A stretch of 64,000 bases of DNA, taken from IMG/VR virus record IMGVR_UViG_3300042992_002627. One strand, 5' to 3'. The DNA comes from an uncultured virus (IMG/VR IMGVR_UViG_3300042992_002627) (lineage: Duplodnaviria > Heunggongvirae > Uroviricota > Caudoviricetes). A program made the translations under genes and the position numbers. The number at the start of each line of letters is the position of its first letter. Position 1 is the first letter of the stretch. Below the pieces are notes generated by a model. It made no database searches. It was not told the DNA's origin and saw nothing but the letters and a program-made list of their open reading frames with translations. Positions 29,077-39,942 of the stretch are shown here, one piece after another.

Positions 29077-30883
29077 TTTTGAGTTAGATATCAGTGGTTA
29101 TAAAATAACAGACACCGAAGAGAATCCGTGGTTCTTGGATGAAATTCCGTTGAAGTTTACATTTCCGTTTGAAATCGATTTGAACGACGAAAACGACCGC
29201 AATTTTGGTTTCATTTCCTCCTATTTAAATCAACCGGAAACAATTTACCCGTTGATTTTTTCCAATGGCGACCAAATGGAAGAAGCAGAATTGGAACTGG
29301 AGGAACTTACCGGAACAAGATTAAATGCAACCCTAACCTACGGATTAGAACAGTTGCCATCGTGGGACAAAAAGTTATCGGAATTGCCATTGGATAACTT
29401 TGATTTAGTGGGCGAAACCATTTACGAACATGCCAAAGATATTATTTCGCAAACATGGCCGGATGTAAACTATAATTTTCCGCAAATTCATATCGACACA
29501 ATTGATTCTGAAGAAGAGAATTGGCTCGATTTTGAGGGAAGAATCAACAACTATAACGGAACAAGCTTTCCGGCGAACTATGTTGATCCTATTGAATATA
29601 CTCCAGTCAACAAAACCATTCTTCAACCATTGCCATATTGGTTGCACATTTTAATCAAAGGATTTGAATTAGCGGGTTTAACTTTGGTTGGCGATATTTT
29701 AACGGATGCTCGTTTGCTTAAAAAATGTGTCTACACCCCAAAAGAATATTTTGTTAAACGGGAAAACCCTGAATTGGGAACGCTACTTTATGGTCAAGAT
29801 TACGAAAGTATTATTCACTCGGGCGGATATGGTGAGTTTGGCGAATACGAAGTAATCATTGATGTAAATATTTGGGGAAAATTCAATTTATTAGGAGTCA
29901 TCAATACCTTATCCGGTGGCTTTGGTTCTGGTGCTCCTGCTCCTGAAGCACAGATTTATTTCAACGGAACAAATATTTGGTCGTCTCCCGGAACGTTAGG
30001 AGGTGAAAACAATATGGATGTAGATGTGATTTTTACTTCTAATGAAACCGACCCTAATGAATTGCGAATTTGGTGTCGTTCAAAAGTAGTGACGGATTAT
30101 ACTATTTTTGATCTTCAACTATTGCCGTTGGAATTGTACGATAGCGAAGGAGATTCCATTCCAACCATCATCAACGAAAATAAAGTTGATTTAACCAAGG
30201 CCGTGCCTGACGTTACTTTTGGAGAATTTGTAAAAGCAACTTTGAATTGGTACAATTATGATTATGTTATTGATGGCGAAAAAGTAACTATGAATTTGGT
30301 AGAATCAGAAATCAATTATGATAATGCATTTGACTTATCAGCTTTTGAAGTCAAAGAACCATCACGCCGATTCAGAAAAAACTATTCTTATTATTTGAAA
30401 TTTGCAGAAGCAACGAATGATTTCGGCTATATATTTGAACAAGTATTTCAATCAAACGATGGTGTTTTCTATAGTGGTTTTAAAACGGACGAGAAAACTT
30501 CCACAATTGAAATCAATGCCTTGCCATTACCTTTGTTAGAACGAAAAGGAATTACAACAGCTCATGGCTTTGAAACGTCAGACACTAAAATATATGCCGT
30601 TATTTATGACGGATTGACAAACAATTTAAATTTAGCCAAATCTTCTGAAGAAATTCTGTTGCCGGCGGTTCATGCCACCAATTGGCAGAAATGGTTTGAT
30701 TTCAGAATCAATGCACAAGAATTCAAATGGCCGTTCAAAGCTTTTTTTGAACAACTGATAGGACTAAAGGCAAAGGGGAAAGTCTTTGCCTATGGCCGCT
30801 ATCACATTGTGAAGAGAATTCAAAAAACCGAAATCAAGCCGGAGCTGTATGAGATTGAAATTGAAACAGAGACTATGCCTTAA
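29054..30883 (+). CDS. Tail/baseplate hub protein
   Basis: EENPWF...FTFPF N-terminus; last gene of the tail operon. Confidence 0.55.
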   Translation: MRKLIHSNFELDISGYKITDTEENPWFLDEIPLKFTFPFEIDLNDENDRNFGFISSYLNQPETIYPLIFSNGDQMEEAELELEELTGTRLNATLTYGLEQLPSWDKKLSELPLDNFDLVGETIYEHAKDIISQTWPDVNYNFPQIHIDTIDSEEENWLDFEGRINNYNGTSFPANYVDPIEYTPVNKTILQPLPYWLHILIKGFELAGLTLVGDILTDARLLKKCVYTPKEYFVKRENPELGTLLYGQDYESIIHSGGYGEFGEYEVIIDVNIWGKFNLLGVINTLSGGFGSGAPAPEAQIYFNGTNIWSSPGTLGGENNMDVDVIFTSNETDPNELRIWCRSKVVTDYTIFDLQLLPLELYDSEGDSIPTIINENKVDLTKAVPDVTFGEFVKATLNWYNYDYVIDGEKVTMNLVESEINYDNAFDLSAFEVKEPSRRFRKNYSYYLKFAEATNDFGYIFEQVFQSNDGVFYSGFKTDEKTSTIEINALPLPLLERKGITTAHGFETSDTKIYAVIYDGLTNNLNLAKSSEEILLPAVHATNWQKWFDFRINAQEFKWPFKAFFEQLIGLKAKGKVFAYGRYHIVKRIQKTEIKPELYEIEIETETMP

Positions 30884-32003
30884 ACATGTTATCCAATAAA
30901 AAAAGTTCTTTATTGGCATCTTCTTGAATAATATGTGTGTAAATCATAGTGTGTTTAACGTTGGTGTGCCCTAATAACTGTTGTAATAATTCTAACTTGC
31001 TTCCTGATCGGAGCATCATAGTAGCAAAAGTATGACGGGCACAATGGAAAGAAATTCGTTTCGGAATCCCCAACGTTAGCATTATCCGTTTAATTTGACG
31101 ATTCAATTCCTCGTTAGTATATTTTTTTTCGAACAGTTCCGGGCAATGTTCAAGGATTCTTTTAGCCGTTTCATTTAAGGATAGAATTTTATCCTTATTT
31201 CCTTTAACCATAATCAGCGAGAATTCATTATTTTGAAAATCCTTTCTTTTTAATCGTTGGATATTTGAAATTCGCAATCCGGTCATGCAGCCAAAAAGAA
31301 AGTAACCCAAAACAATTTTATTGGTTTCATTAATAAAGTCAGAGAAATAAAATTTCATGGCTTTCTTGAGTTCTGCTTCATTTAGGTATTCACGATTACC
31401 CGTTGTTTTTCCTGGTTTAAGTTCGTCCAAATCAAACCGTAATCGAATGCCCGATTTTTGAGCAATCCGAAGAAACTTTTTGATTGCTCTAAGATTGGTT
31501 GAAATAGTAACTTCATTATTTTTCTTGACGTTTTTTAACCACAACCGATAATTTTTAAACCAGGTTAAATCCATTTCATGAAATGGAATATAATCTTTGT
31601 ATTCCCGTATTTTATTTAAAATACTTTTCAAAATCCGAACACGTCCGGCTCCTAAACTACTTTCTAATTTCAAGGATTCCTCATAAAACGAAATAAAATT
31701 GATTCTGGAGAGGTTGTTTAGAAACTCTTTCTTAATCAATTCCGGTGTCGCATAAATATCGGTTAATCGAAAAGCAATCTTTATATCATGGAGTTTAGAT
31801 TCAATTTTGTCCAATACAAGATTCTGATCACTAAGTTCTTTTGTGATTGGTTTGATTCGCTGTTTATCCGTTAACCAATTTTTAGGATGAACATGAATAC
31901 CGGTGTTTATAAATTCTCTGGTTCCATTTCCGGTGATGTGAATATAGATAGGATGCATTCCATCTTTATTCAAATCTTTTCTAAGTTTAAAGGAGGTGTT
32001 CAT
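30873..32003 (-). CDS. int: Phage integrase (tyrosine recombinase with Arm and SAM-like domains)
   Basis: TGLRIS, HCARHTFAT and LGH...MIY motifs; likely ATG at 32003. Confidence 0.9.
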   Translation of the reverse strand: MNTSFKLRKDLNKDGMHPIYIHITGNGTREFINTGIHVHPKNWLTDKQRIKPITKELSDQNLVLDKIESKLHDIKIAFRLTDIYATPELIKKEFLNNLSRINFISFYEESLKLESSLGAGRVRILKSILNKIREYKDYIPFHEMDLTWFKNYRLWLKNVKKNNEVTISTNLRAIKKFLRIAQKSGIRLRFDLDELKPGKTTGNREYLNEAELKKAMKFYFSDFINETNKIVLGYFLFGCMTGLRISNIQRLKRKDFQNNEFSLIMVKGNKDKILSLNETAKRILEHCPELFEKKYTNEELNRQIKRIMLTLGIPKRISFHCARHTFATMMLRSGSKLELLQQLLGHTNVKHTMIYTHIIQEDANKELFLLDNMFKA

Positions 32004-32155
32004 TTTTGATACGTAATTTTTGTGCGTATCAAGGAGCGTATCAAAAATAAGCTCGGTCTTAATTAAATTCATCTGTATTAGGTATTTAAAGTTTATAGTA
32101 TTCCCTGTGTTTATCACACGTAATACACTAATACAGATGATTCTCTCTTAATTTC

Positions 32156-32175
32156 GTGACCTCGACTGGATTCAA
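32156..32175 (-). other. attP core of phage A (3' end of a tRNA, probably tRNA-Arg)
   Basis: Minus strand reads TTGAATCCAGTCGAGGTCAC, a T-loop/acceptor 3' end. It sits next to the int start, with GCGTATCAA direct repeats at 32024 and 32036 as possible arm sites. Confidence 0.6.
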
Positions 32176-32222
32176 CTACTCCTTCAATACCGCGGGTTTA
32201 CAATGTTTTCGTCTCAATTTCG

Positions 32223-32531
32223 TTACAAAATTGCTTTGAGGGCTTCTAGTTTTGACTGTATTTCTTCAATCATTTTAAGAGCATTCCCATAATTTTCTTG
32301 TGGTTTTCTCATCAAGTTTTGTTCTGGTTTGTCTTCTTCTACCAAATGTTTAATATCTGCTTCAGGAAAGTATTTGATAATTTTCTGAATAAATGTATGA
32401 GAAATCGAGTCGGTGTTTAAATACCTTGAAATCATACTTACACTGTATCCATCCATTTTTGCAGATATCTCTTTGTTGTTCAAACCTTTTTCAATGTAGA
32501 AAAACTGTTTAGCTTTTTTTGAAAATCCCAT
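32223..32531 (-). CDS. CI-like HTH repressor
   Basis: HTH GLNNKEISAKMDGYSVSMISRYLN; divergent from the early operon. Confidence 0.7.
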   Translation of the reverse strand: MGFSKKAKQFFYIEKGLNNKEISAKMDGYSVSMISRYLNTDSISHTFIQKIIKYFPEADIKHLVEEDKPEQNLMRKPQENYGNALKMIEEIQSKLEALKAIL

Positions 32532-32560
32532 AGTTCTTAATTTAGAATTAGTATAAATTG

Positions 32561-32604
32561 TTACTTAAATGTAAATTATTTTACTAAAATTTACTTATAA
32601 GTAA
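32561..32604. promoter_or_regulatory. Immunity operators (TTACTTATAAGTAA palindrome and a variant)
   Basis: Perfect palindrome at 32591-32604 and variant at 32561-32574, between divergent regulators. Confidence 0.65.
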
Positions 32605-32652
32605 TTTTATTTACTTAGTTTTGTGTAATAAAATGTAAATAAGTGTAAATAT

Positions 32653-32925
32653 ATGGCAAAAAATGTAAAACAAACAAAAAAAAGCAATATGCAATCGCAT
32701 ATCGATGCTGCTTATGAAACGATTAATAATTATTTGCCTTCTAAATACTTAGAACGAGTTCGGGAAAAATTATCACAAGATATCGTTGTTTCTGATGGTA
32801 CTATTCGCAACATCAGAAACAAGTTTAATAAACCAGATGGAAAAATAGAAGTACTTAATGCCTTGGTCGAAGTGGCATTAGACAATAAAAAAGCTATTCA
32901 GAAACTGGAAAATCAGCATAACTAA
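32653..32925 (+). CDS. Cro-like protein
   Basis: First early gene; HTH-like. Confidence 0.5.
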   Translation: MAKNVKQTKKSNMQSHIDAAYETINNYLPSKYLERVREKLSQDIVVSDGTIRNIRNKFNKPDGKIEVLNALVEVALDNKKAIQKLENQHN

Positions 32926-32943
32926 TCACTTAAAAATTTAAAC

Positions 32944-33495
32944 ATGAGCAATTTACTACCAGGGTTAACCGATGATTCGGTTGAGTTTTTCACCCACCAA
33001 AATCAGTTAAAAGTCATCAAAAGCGGTCAGGTCTTTTCATTTATAGATTTACCGTTTGCTACAATCCAAGTTTTAAAAGAAGAAATCAACAAAAGCATTG
33101 AAACAAAAGTGGCTTTACATGATTTCCATCCTACTTCTGAAATGAAACGCATTGAGCAATTTGCCATTTGCAGATTTGGTGGCATTGATATGAAAGGCGA
33201 CATCGTTAATGGAGAACTTCAAGATGGTGAGTTTTGGGCTTGTCCTAATCATGGCAATTGTCCACATGAAGGTGTGCTTTGTAAACTTCCTTTTATCAAT
33301 GGTTCCCGTATTTCCAAACAAGATGTGCAATTGATGAAGCTTTCAGCCACGGAAAAAACCAACGAAGTTATTGCGGAAGAACTTTCTCTTCCATTGGGTT
33401 CTTTTCACCTGGCAAAAAAATTCCTATATAAAAAACTAGGCATTCAAACCAAACAGGAGTTAGCTGTTTTGGCGATGAATCACAATATTATTTAA
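32944..33495 (+). CDS. LuxR-type HTH regulator with Cys cluster
   Basis: CPNHGNCPHEGVLC followed by TNEVIAEEL...LYKKLGIQTKQEL. Confidence 0.7.
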   Translation: MSNLLPGLTDDSVEFFTHQNQLKVIKSGQVFSFIDLPFATIQVLKEEINKSIETKVALHDFHPTSEMKRIEQFAICRFGGIDMKGDIVNGELQDGEFWACPNHGNCPHEGVLCKLPFINGSRISKQDVQLMKLSATEKTNEVIAEELSLPLGSFHLAKKFLYKKLGIQTKQELAVLAMNHNII

Positions 33496-33564
33496 CACGT
33501 TCTTACACTAATGCAATTCTCTCAACCGCCTCGCCGGAGGCGGTTATTTTAAAAAAGCAAACTT

Positions 33565-33768
33565 ATGAATGTAGTAGACTTAACCAACCAAATTACTCGA
33601 TGTAAAGCCCTTATCGAACAGTACAAAAATTCAGAGCTCTATGCGGATCATGAAAAAGAAATACGCATCCAAGCATTAAAAATCGAAATAGGTAAATATC
33701 AAAACAGACTCCAAGCAATGCAGTCAAAAAATAATTCTACTGACATAAACTTTAAAACTACCTACTAA
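33565..33768 (+). CDS. Hypothetical protein
   Basis: ORF abutting the primase gene. Confidence 0.5.
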   Translation: MNVVDLTNQITRCKALIEQYKNSELYADHEKEIRIQALKIEIGKYQNRLQAMQSKNNSTDINFKTTY

Positions 33769-33769
33769 T

Positions 33770-36646
33770 ATGTACGTTGAAGACCATAAAATACTAGAGG
33801 CAACAAATGGAGGTTTGGATATCATAGTTTACTATTATCCAAATGCGAACAAGGTGGTTCACAAAGCGGCCAAATCTTTTAAAATACGTGAGTCTGAAAA
33901 AACAGCTTCAGCATCACTCAAGCAATTGGGTGGAGGTGTGTGGGTTGTTACTGATTTTGGTGGTGATCAAAAAAGCAGAAATGGTATTCAGGTTTGTATG
34001 TTAGAAGAATCTGTTTCCTATGCTGAAGCTTGTATGCTATTAGGTTCACGATACAGCATAGAAGGAGCTAAGATGGAGGTACACATGCCTATCATTGAAA
34101 AGAGACCATTAAAACCAGATGAAAGCAAAGGAGACTACTACTTTAATTATAATGAAACAATTTCCGATGCCGAATTAAAACTATTGGGGCCTAGAGTGAA
34201 CGAAGCTCATTGCAAAATTGTGAAATTAAAAAGTTGCAAAAGCTTTACCTACTGTAAAGACAATGAGGCTATCGTTACTACAGCAACCGATAAATACCCA
34301 ATTTTGGTTTTTGACTTTGGTGAGTGGCAAAAAATATACCAACCAAGCAGTTTTGAAAAGCAGTTTCGTTTTCGATATGCCGGAAAAAAACCAAGTCGTC
34401 ACATGTGGGGATTGGAAGCCATTAAAAAAGCTTTTGAAAAAAAGAAAAAAGAACAGTTGGATAATGGCTATGATGATGAAGAGGACGACGATAACGCGGG
34501 TAAAAAGAAAAAAAAGTATGATCCACGATTGGATAGAGTTTTTATGGTGTCCGGTGGTTCTGATGGTATCAACTTACTTTCCTTTGACGAATATCCAATT
34601 TGGTTCAATTCTGAATCAGAACATTTAGATTTCAACGAATACAAACAATTGAAAATTTATGCCAAGGAAATTGTTTACATAGCTGATTTAGATGCTACCG
34701 GAAAACGCCAGGCAATTTCACAAGGTTTGAAGTTTTTAGATATCAAAATTCTTTGGCTTCCTGAAAAACTTAAAAACTATCGAGATAAAAGAGGAAATCC
34801 TAGAAAAGATTTTAAGGATTATGTAGAAGTATTTTATCACGAAGAAAGTTCTAGCACGTTTAAAGCAGGTTTCAATAAGCTAGTAAGTAATGCTTTGCCT
34901 TTACAGTTTTGGACTGAATCAACTAAAGCAGTTGGTTCAGAATTAAAAACTACTTATAACATTTCAAATACTCGTTTATATCATTTCTTGGCACACATTG
35001 GTTTTGGCCGTTATGAAAGCTCGAATTTAAAAGATGGGTTTTTATACGTAAAAAAAGAAGGTTCTATCGTGAAAGTTGTTGAGCCCTATCAAATTGAAAA
35101 CTTTGTGCATCAGTTTTTAGAAGAGCGTGGAATGGCTACAGACCTTCGGGACTATGTGTATCGTTCTCCTCAACTATCAGAACGTTCATTGCAAAAATTA
35201 CCAAAAACAACCATTGATTTCACGGTGGCCGACACCAAAACACAATTTTGGTTTTTTCCAAAAAGAGTGTGGAAAATTACTGCTAATGAAATTCTTGATT
35301 TCAAACAGGGTGAAGTTGAAAAGTATGTTTGGGAAGATAAGGTTATCGACTTTGAAGCAAAGCTTGAGCATTCGCACTTTAAAATTTTTAAAGACGAATC
35401 AGGAAATTATGATATCGAAATTTTAGAACATGACAATTGGTTTCTGAATTATTTAATCAATACTTCTCGAGTTCATTGGAGAAAAGAATTGGAAGATCAT
35501 TTTGATGACAAAACCGAAGCAGAAGCGGAAGCCTACTTTCAAAAGTATAAGTTTTGTATTGATGGTCCCAATTTATCTGAAGATGAAATCTATGAACAGA
35601 AACGTCATTTAATCAATAAGATTTTCTCTATCGGATACCTGGTTCACCAATATAAAAATTACAATAAACCGTGGGCGGTTTTTGCAATGGACAATAAAAT
35701 ATCTGATTTAGGAGAGAGTCATGGTGGAACCGGAAAATCATTGTGCTATTCGTTCTTAAACAAAATTTTGAAACGCCGGGTATATTTAAAAGGAAGAGAT
35801 CCAAATTTAACGAAGAATGATTTTATCTACCATGAGGTTTCTGAAGATACCGACTACATTCTTATTGATGATGCAACCCAGTATTTAAACTTTGATTTCT
35901 TCTTTTCTGAAATCACAGGTTCCTTGAAAGTAAACCCAAAAAACGGGTCGCCTTTTGAAATACCGTTCGAAAAGTCGCCAAAGTTTTGTTTCACATCCAA
36001 CTTTGCGATGAGAAACATGGATCCATCAACATCAAGACGTTTGCTTTTAAGTGTGTTTTCAGATTACTATCATTCGAATGATGATGATGAATACAAGCAA
36101 GTGCGTAAGGTGTCGGACGATTTTGGAGGAAAGAACTTGTTTACTGATTTTGATTTTAAACAGCACAATCATTATTTCAATTTTATTGGTCAATGTGTGA
36201 TGTATTTCTTAGGAGAAGAAGAAAAACTGAATCCTCCTATGGACAACGTGACTAAACGAAACTTGAAAGCCGAAATGGGTGACATGTTTGAAGGTTGGGC
36301 AGAAGCTTTCTTTTCCACTACGCTTACTCCAGATGAAGGAGGCGGTTTTAAATACCTCAATCAATTTGTTTCTAAAGAAATGGCCTTTGAGGAATATTGC
36401 AAAGCAACAAGTCAAAAGAAATGGTCTCAGGCAAAATTCAAAAAAGCATTGAAAGCATTTTGCCAGTATAACAATTATGTGTTCAACCCAAAAGAGTTTC
36501 ACAATTCAGGCGGTAGAATTATTAAGAGTATTGACGGGAAAAGCCAGGAAGTATTTTATATAGATACAACACCGGCTGATAAATTAAGCAAAGTGATTAC
36601 TGATTTTGAAGTAATCTCAGATGACGAGAAAACAATTTTTGATTGA
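33770..36646 (+). CDS. Primase-helicase (TOPRIM plus P-loop helicase)
   Basis: SGGSDG / DLDATG TOPRIM-like motifs; GGTGKS Walker A, ILIDD Walker B, TSN motif C. Confidence 0.8.
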   Translation: MYVEDHKILEATNGGLDIIVYYYPNANKVVHKAAKSFKIRESEKTASASLKQLGGGVWVVTDFGGDQKSRNGIQVCMLEESVSYAEACMLLGSRYSIEGAKMEVHMPIIEKRPLKPDESKGDYYFNYNETISDAELKLLGPRVNEAHCKIVKLKSCKSFTYCKDNEAIVTTATDKYPILVFDFGEWQKIYQPSSFEKQFRFRYAGKKPSRHMWGLEAIKKAFEKKKKEQLDNGYDDEEDDDNAGKKKKKYDPRLDRVFMVSGGSDGINLLSFDEYPIWFNSESEHLDFNEYKQLKIYAKEIVYIADLDATGKRQAISQGLKFLDIKILWLPEKLKNYRDKRGNPRKDFKDYVEVFYHEESSSTFKAGFNKLVSNALPLQFWTESTKAVGSELKTTYNISNTRLYHFLAHIGFGRYESSNLKDGFLYVKKEGSIVKVVEPYQIENFVHQFLEERGMATDLRDYVYRSPQLSERSLQKLPKTTIDFTVADTKTQFWFFPKRVWKITANEILDFKQGEVEKYVWEDKVIDFEAKLEHSHFKIFKDESGNYDIEILEHDNWFLNYLINTSRVHWRKELEDHFDDKTEAEAEAYFQKYKFCIDGPNLSEDEIYEQKRHLINKIFSIGYLVHQYKNYNKPWAVFAMDNKISDLGESHGGTGKSLCYSFLNKILKRRVYLKGRDPNLTKNDFIYHEVSEDTDYILIDDATQYLNFDFFFSEITGSLKVNPKNGSPFEIPFEKSPKFCFTSNFAMRNMDPSTSRRLLLSVFSDYYHSNDDDEYKQVRKVSDDFGGKNLFTDFDFKQHNHYFNFIGQCVMYFLGEEEKLNPPMDNVTKRNLKAEMGDMFEGWAEAFFSTTLTPDEGGGFKYLNQFVSKEMAFEEYCKATSQKKWSQAKFKKALKAFCQYNNYVFNPKEFHNSGGRIIKSIDGKSQEVFYIDTTPADKLSKVITDFEVISDDEKTIFD

Positions 36647-36851
36647 GATTAAGATGTATAGCGATATAGAAATAGAATTCATTTGGAAAAATTGTACCAC
36701 CGGAGAAGAGTGGGACTATTGTGTTAGCCTATTTACATGGCTAATGGATGATCCTGATTTTGTTAAAAACATTAACAAAGAAAAAGTAGACCATTTTCAA
36801 GAAACGGCTTTAAAGCAACTTCAAAACATTATCAGAAATGGAAAAGCATGA
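36621..36851 (+). CDS. Hypothetical protein
   Basis: ORF in the early operon. Confidence 0.5.
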   Translation: MTRKQFLIEIKMYSDIEIEFIWKNCTTGEEWDYCVSLFTWLMDDPDFVKNINKEKVDHFQETALKQLQNIIRNGKA

Positions 36852-37320
36852 AGTAATTAAAAAGAAAGTATCAATCGTGAGAGCTTCACGGGAAGATATG
36901 TTTGACTACAGCGGAAAACCTCTTGAGAATAAACATTTTATTCTTAAAAATCCATGGACTAGAGAAATCGAAGGACTGTATCGCATTGGAGGAACAGACC
37001 GCTACGATATCATCGAAATAGAAAAAGGTTTGGCTCTCAATCAATTCTATAAAATAGCTGAAACCAAAAGCGATGTAGATGTGCAGTTTTGGATGTATTT
37101 ACGGGTTGCCGACAATTTTGATATGCTTTATTCACCAAAATGGCCTAAAGTAAATCAACTGTATTATAGAATAGTTTCCGGAAACGAAATTGTTGGACCG
37201 CTTTATTTGAGCGAAATGGAAGGAGTAGACTCCATCAAAAAAGGATTGGAAGAGCAGACATATTTTGTTTTGCATAAAAAGCAGCTCTTCCAACCGGTCG
37301 AATTAAAAAAATCAGCATAA
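36838..37320 (+). CDS. Hypothetical protein
   Basis: ORF in the early operon. Confidence 0.55.
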   Translation: MEKHEVIKKKVSIVRASREDMFDYSGKPLENKHFILKNPWTREIEGLYRIGGTDRYDIIEIEKGLALNQFYKIAETKSDVDVQFWMYLRVADNFDMLYSPKWPKVNQLYYRIVSGNEIVGPLYLSEMEGVDSIKKGLEEQTYFVLHKKQLFQPVELKKSA

Positions 37321-37338
37321 TCACTTAAATTTTATAAC

Positions 37339-37725
37339 ATGAACAAAGTAAAAATTATTATCGGTCCCAACGGTTCCGGAAAAACCCTAAAGGCAAAGGA
37401 ACTAAGCGAAGGCTTAAAAACGCAATGGATTAGCGGTCGTTCCTTCAACTTTAAAAATGCAACAAATTTTGAGTTTTCATTTTTAGAAACAGACGTTGAG
37501 TGTGTGATCATCGACGACATTGATAAAAAAGATTTTGTATTTGAAAGAATATTTCAATATGCAGAAGGAATCTATCTCGAAAAACAAGGTAAAGAAGGCT
37601 TTAGTATTCAACCGAAATTCATTCTAGTGTTTGACAACTTGTCTAAAATAGAAATAGCAGAACGAGGGTTGTCATTCACAAAAAGAATTGAACTTATTAA
37701 TTTACGTAAACTTAAAACACTATAA
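37339..37725 (+). CDS. Small P-loop NTPase
   Basis: GPNGSGKT and VIIDD motifs. Confidence 0.65.
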   Translation: MNKVKIIIGPNGSGKTLKAKELSEGLKTQWISGRSFNFKNATNFEFSFLETDVECVIIDDIDKKDFVFERIFQYAEGIYLEKQGKEGFSIQPKFILVFDNLSKIEIAERGLSFTKRIELINLRKLKTL

Positions 37726-37727
37726 TC

Positions 37728-38057
37728 ATGAACATTACACATTACTTTCTTCATCGTTCCCATGCGAACAATTCGAAGAACAAACTTCAAAAAGAAATCC
37801 ATGACTACTTGGATTCGTTAAACGGAAAAATGATTGATGCGGTCGACATCAAAGACTGTGCTAAACTGATTGAACAAGAGATTGATAAAATCAACAAGAT
37901 GCACAAAAAATGCAAACCTGTTAACGTTCGTGTGGTCTATAGCAATTATAACAAGGGCTACATGATTAGCGGACTCGATTCAATGACATTCATCATCTAT
38001 CCGGCGACCATTGCACACATGAGCACTATTAGTTGGAACTCTCTTTCAAATAACTAA
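37728..38057 (+). CDS. Hypothetical protein
   Basis: ORF in the early operon. Confidence 0.5.
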   Translation: MNITHYFLHRSHANNSKNKLQKEIHDYLDSLNGKMIDAVDIKDCAKLIEQEIDKINKMHKKCKPVNVRVVYSNYNKGYMISGLDSMTFIIYPATIAHMSTISWNSLSNN

Positions 38058-38059
38058 CC

Positions 38060-38299
38060 ATGAAAAAACTAAAATCATTATTCTGTGAAACGTTTACAGA
38101 TTTTAAAGGCGTAAAAATTCATCACATAGATGAAATTACAGCGGCTCAATTCAAAGGGCGTGAACTATTTAACTTTTGCGAAGTCTACGCCAGTAGAGCA
38201 GAGTATGAGTGCGGAAAAAAACACCGAAGAGCTGCGTTCTTCAAAGGGTTGTTTGTGGGATTGGTTGTTGCTGTAATCATTTACTTTTTTAAACCATGA
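38060..38299 (+). CDS. Hypothetical protein with C-terminal TM
   Basis: Hydrophobic C-terminus. Confidence 0.5.
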   Translation: MKKLKSLFCETFTDFKGVKIHHIDEITAAQFKGRELFNFCEVYASRAEYECGKKHRRAAFFKGLFVGLVVAVIIYFFKP

Positions 38300-38418
38300 A
38301 ATTTATACCAATATTATTCAGCACCGAAATGGTTCAAGCCATTTTAGCTGGCAGAAAAACACAGACCCGGAGAGTTATTAAACCACAACCACCGATTGAG
38401 AAACCTTCTGAGTTTTAG
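38296..38418 (+). pseudogene. Truncated ASCH-like phage protein
   Basis: [27 protein letters not shown]-terminus, stopping after 40 aa. Confidence 0.5.
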
Positions 38419-38420
38419 CA

Positions 38421-38750
38421 ATGAAAAAGTATTTCAAAGCAGAAAATGGACAGGAATTTCATAAGGCAATTTGTGATCATTGTTCTAAACAGGTTTATCC
38501 GAGTCATAAAAATCCACATCTTTTCTTTGGTTTTCTATGCATGGACACTAAGATGTTTGTCAGTAACGATTGTAAAAACGATTATTACCTAAAAAAAAAT
38601 AAAGGGGAGTATGGAAATGAGCATAGGCATAAGTATAGTGAAATGCCTATTCAAGTTCCTTGGAAAAACGAACCGAAATTTCTACCACTTTATGAAGAAT
38701 TATATTTTGACAATAAAATTCCATCACAGTTATTACTTTTTAACCTATAA
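38421..38750 (+). CDS. Hypothetical protein
   Basis: CxxC-containing ORF. Confidence 0.5.
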   Translation: MKKYFKAENGQEFHKAICDHCSKQVYPSHKNPHLFFGFLCMDTKMFVSNDCKNDYYLKKNKGEYGNEHRHKYSEMPIQVPWKNEPKFLPLYEELYFDNKIPSQLLLFNL

Positions 38751-38757
38751 ATAAAAT

Positions 38758-39489
38758 ATGAAAACACAAATCCAAGAAACAAAAGATTACCACAAGTTCG
38801 CTTCCATCCTTGGCAACCGGAACTTAAACATGAATAAAATTGATAAAATTTGTACTGATGTTGCCGGTGGGTTTAACATGCTGCCATATTATCCAGTGAT
38901 CGTTTATCAGGAAAAAGAATTGTATAAAATAATCGACGGTCAACATCGCTTTGAGGTTTCTAAGCGAACAGAAAACCCGGTTTATTTTATCGTTTGCCAA
39001 AACATTTCCCTGAAGCAAATTGCCATTCTAAATTCAAGAGGTGAAAAATGGAAAGCTTCTGACTTTCTAAACTGCTATATCAAGCTAGGAATTGAAGATT
39101 ACAAAGATGTAAAATCACTTATGAATCAATACCAGGTTAATATCAAATTAGCGGTTGATTTACTTTACGCTTTTAAACATCATGGAGGAGCTCCAACATC
39201 TGAATTATTCCAGGATGGAAATTTTAGAACCAATCATCTTAAAGAGACAGTAGAATTGTTGGAATTGGTTAAATCAATTTTCTCAAGATATAAATTTTGT
39301 TTTGACCGCTATTTAGTTGGTGCAGTTTTAAAGCTTCAGCAAGTGGGCAAATGTGACTTTGAAGAATTGAAGCAAAAAATTAACCAATCGCCTATGATGA
39401 TGGACAAGCAAGGAGATTTGAAAGGCTATTTAAACAATATCGAACGGGTTTATAATTTTAAAAATTCTATTCGTAAAACTATTTTCTAA
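38758..39489 (+). CDS. ParB/Srx-like N-terminal domain protein
   Basis: PVIV...IIDGQHR motif. Confidence 0.65.
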   Translation: MKTQIQETKDYHKFASILGNRNLNMNKIDKICTDVAGGFNMLPYYPVIVYQEKELYKIIDGQHRFEVSKRTENPVYFIVCQNISLKQIAILNSRGEKWKASDFLNCYIKLGIEDYKDVKSLMNQYQVNIKLAVDLLYAFKHHGGAPTSELFQDGNFRTNHLKETVELLELVKSIFSRYKFCFDRYLVGAVLKLQQVGKCDFEELKQKINQSPMMMDKQGDLKGYLNNIERVYNFKNSIRKTIF

Positions 39490-39698
39490 TGAAATTCACA
39501 GCAACATACACAGGAACGGATGAGCCACTTTGGAAAAACGGCAAACCATACAAGCTCTTCTTGAACCGTAACTCAATGATGGTTTACCAAGCCGAAACAA
39601 CCATCGTAAAAACATACCGAAGTCTGCATGACTTTTTAACCGACTTTAATTTAATAGTCAATCACGAGTCCAACAATAAAAAGGTAAGTAATGGATAA
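39489..39698 (+). CDS. Hypothetical protein
   Basis: Coupled ORF. Confidence 0.5.
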   Translation: MKFTATYTGTDEPLWKNGKPYKLFLNRNSMMVYQAETTIVKTYRSLHDFLTDFNLIVNHESNNKKVSNG

Positions 39699-39930
39699 AA
39701 TAGAAGCACTACTAAACGAGGCAGCAAAACTATACCAAGAAACACATGGAGCCTATTTTGTTTTAACAGCTTCAAATGACGGAAAATTTTGGAAACTATC
39801 TATTCCTTCTATTCAAGGAACTTTCAAAGGCTCCGTACAAGATGTTTTGATTGATTATATCTATTACGTTGCAAACAACAGAGAATTAGCCGGGAAGAAT
39901 TTAAAAAGCAAAAAATACAAATTATTTTAA
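39691..39930 (+). CDS. Hypothetical protein (homologue of 61832..62071)
   Basis: LLNEAxKLYxETxGA motif shared with the phage B gene. Confidence 0.6.
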   Translation: MDKIEALLNEAAKLYQETHGAYFVLTASNDGKFWKLSIPSIQGTFKGSVQDVLIDYIYYVANNRELAGKNLKSKKYKLF

Positions 39931-39942
39931 TAAAAAATAACC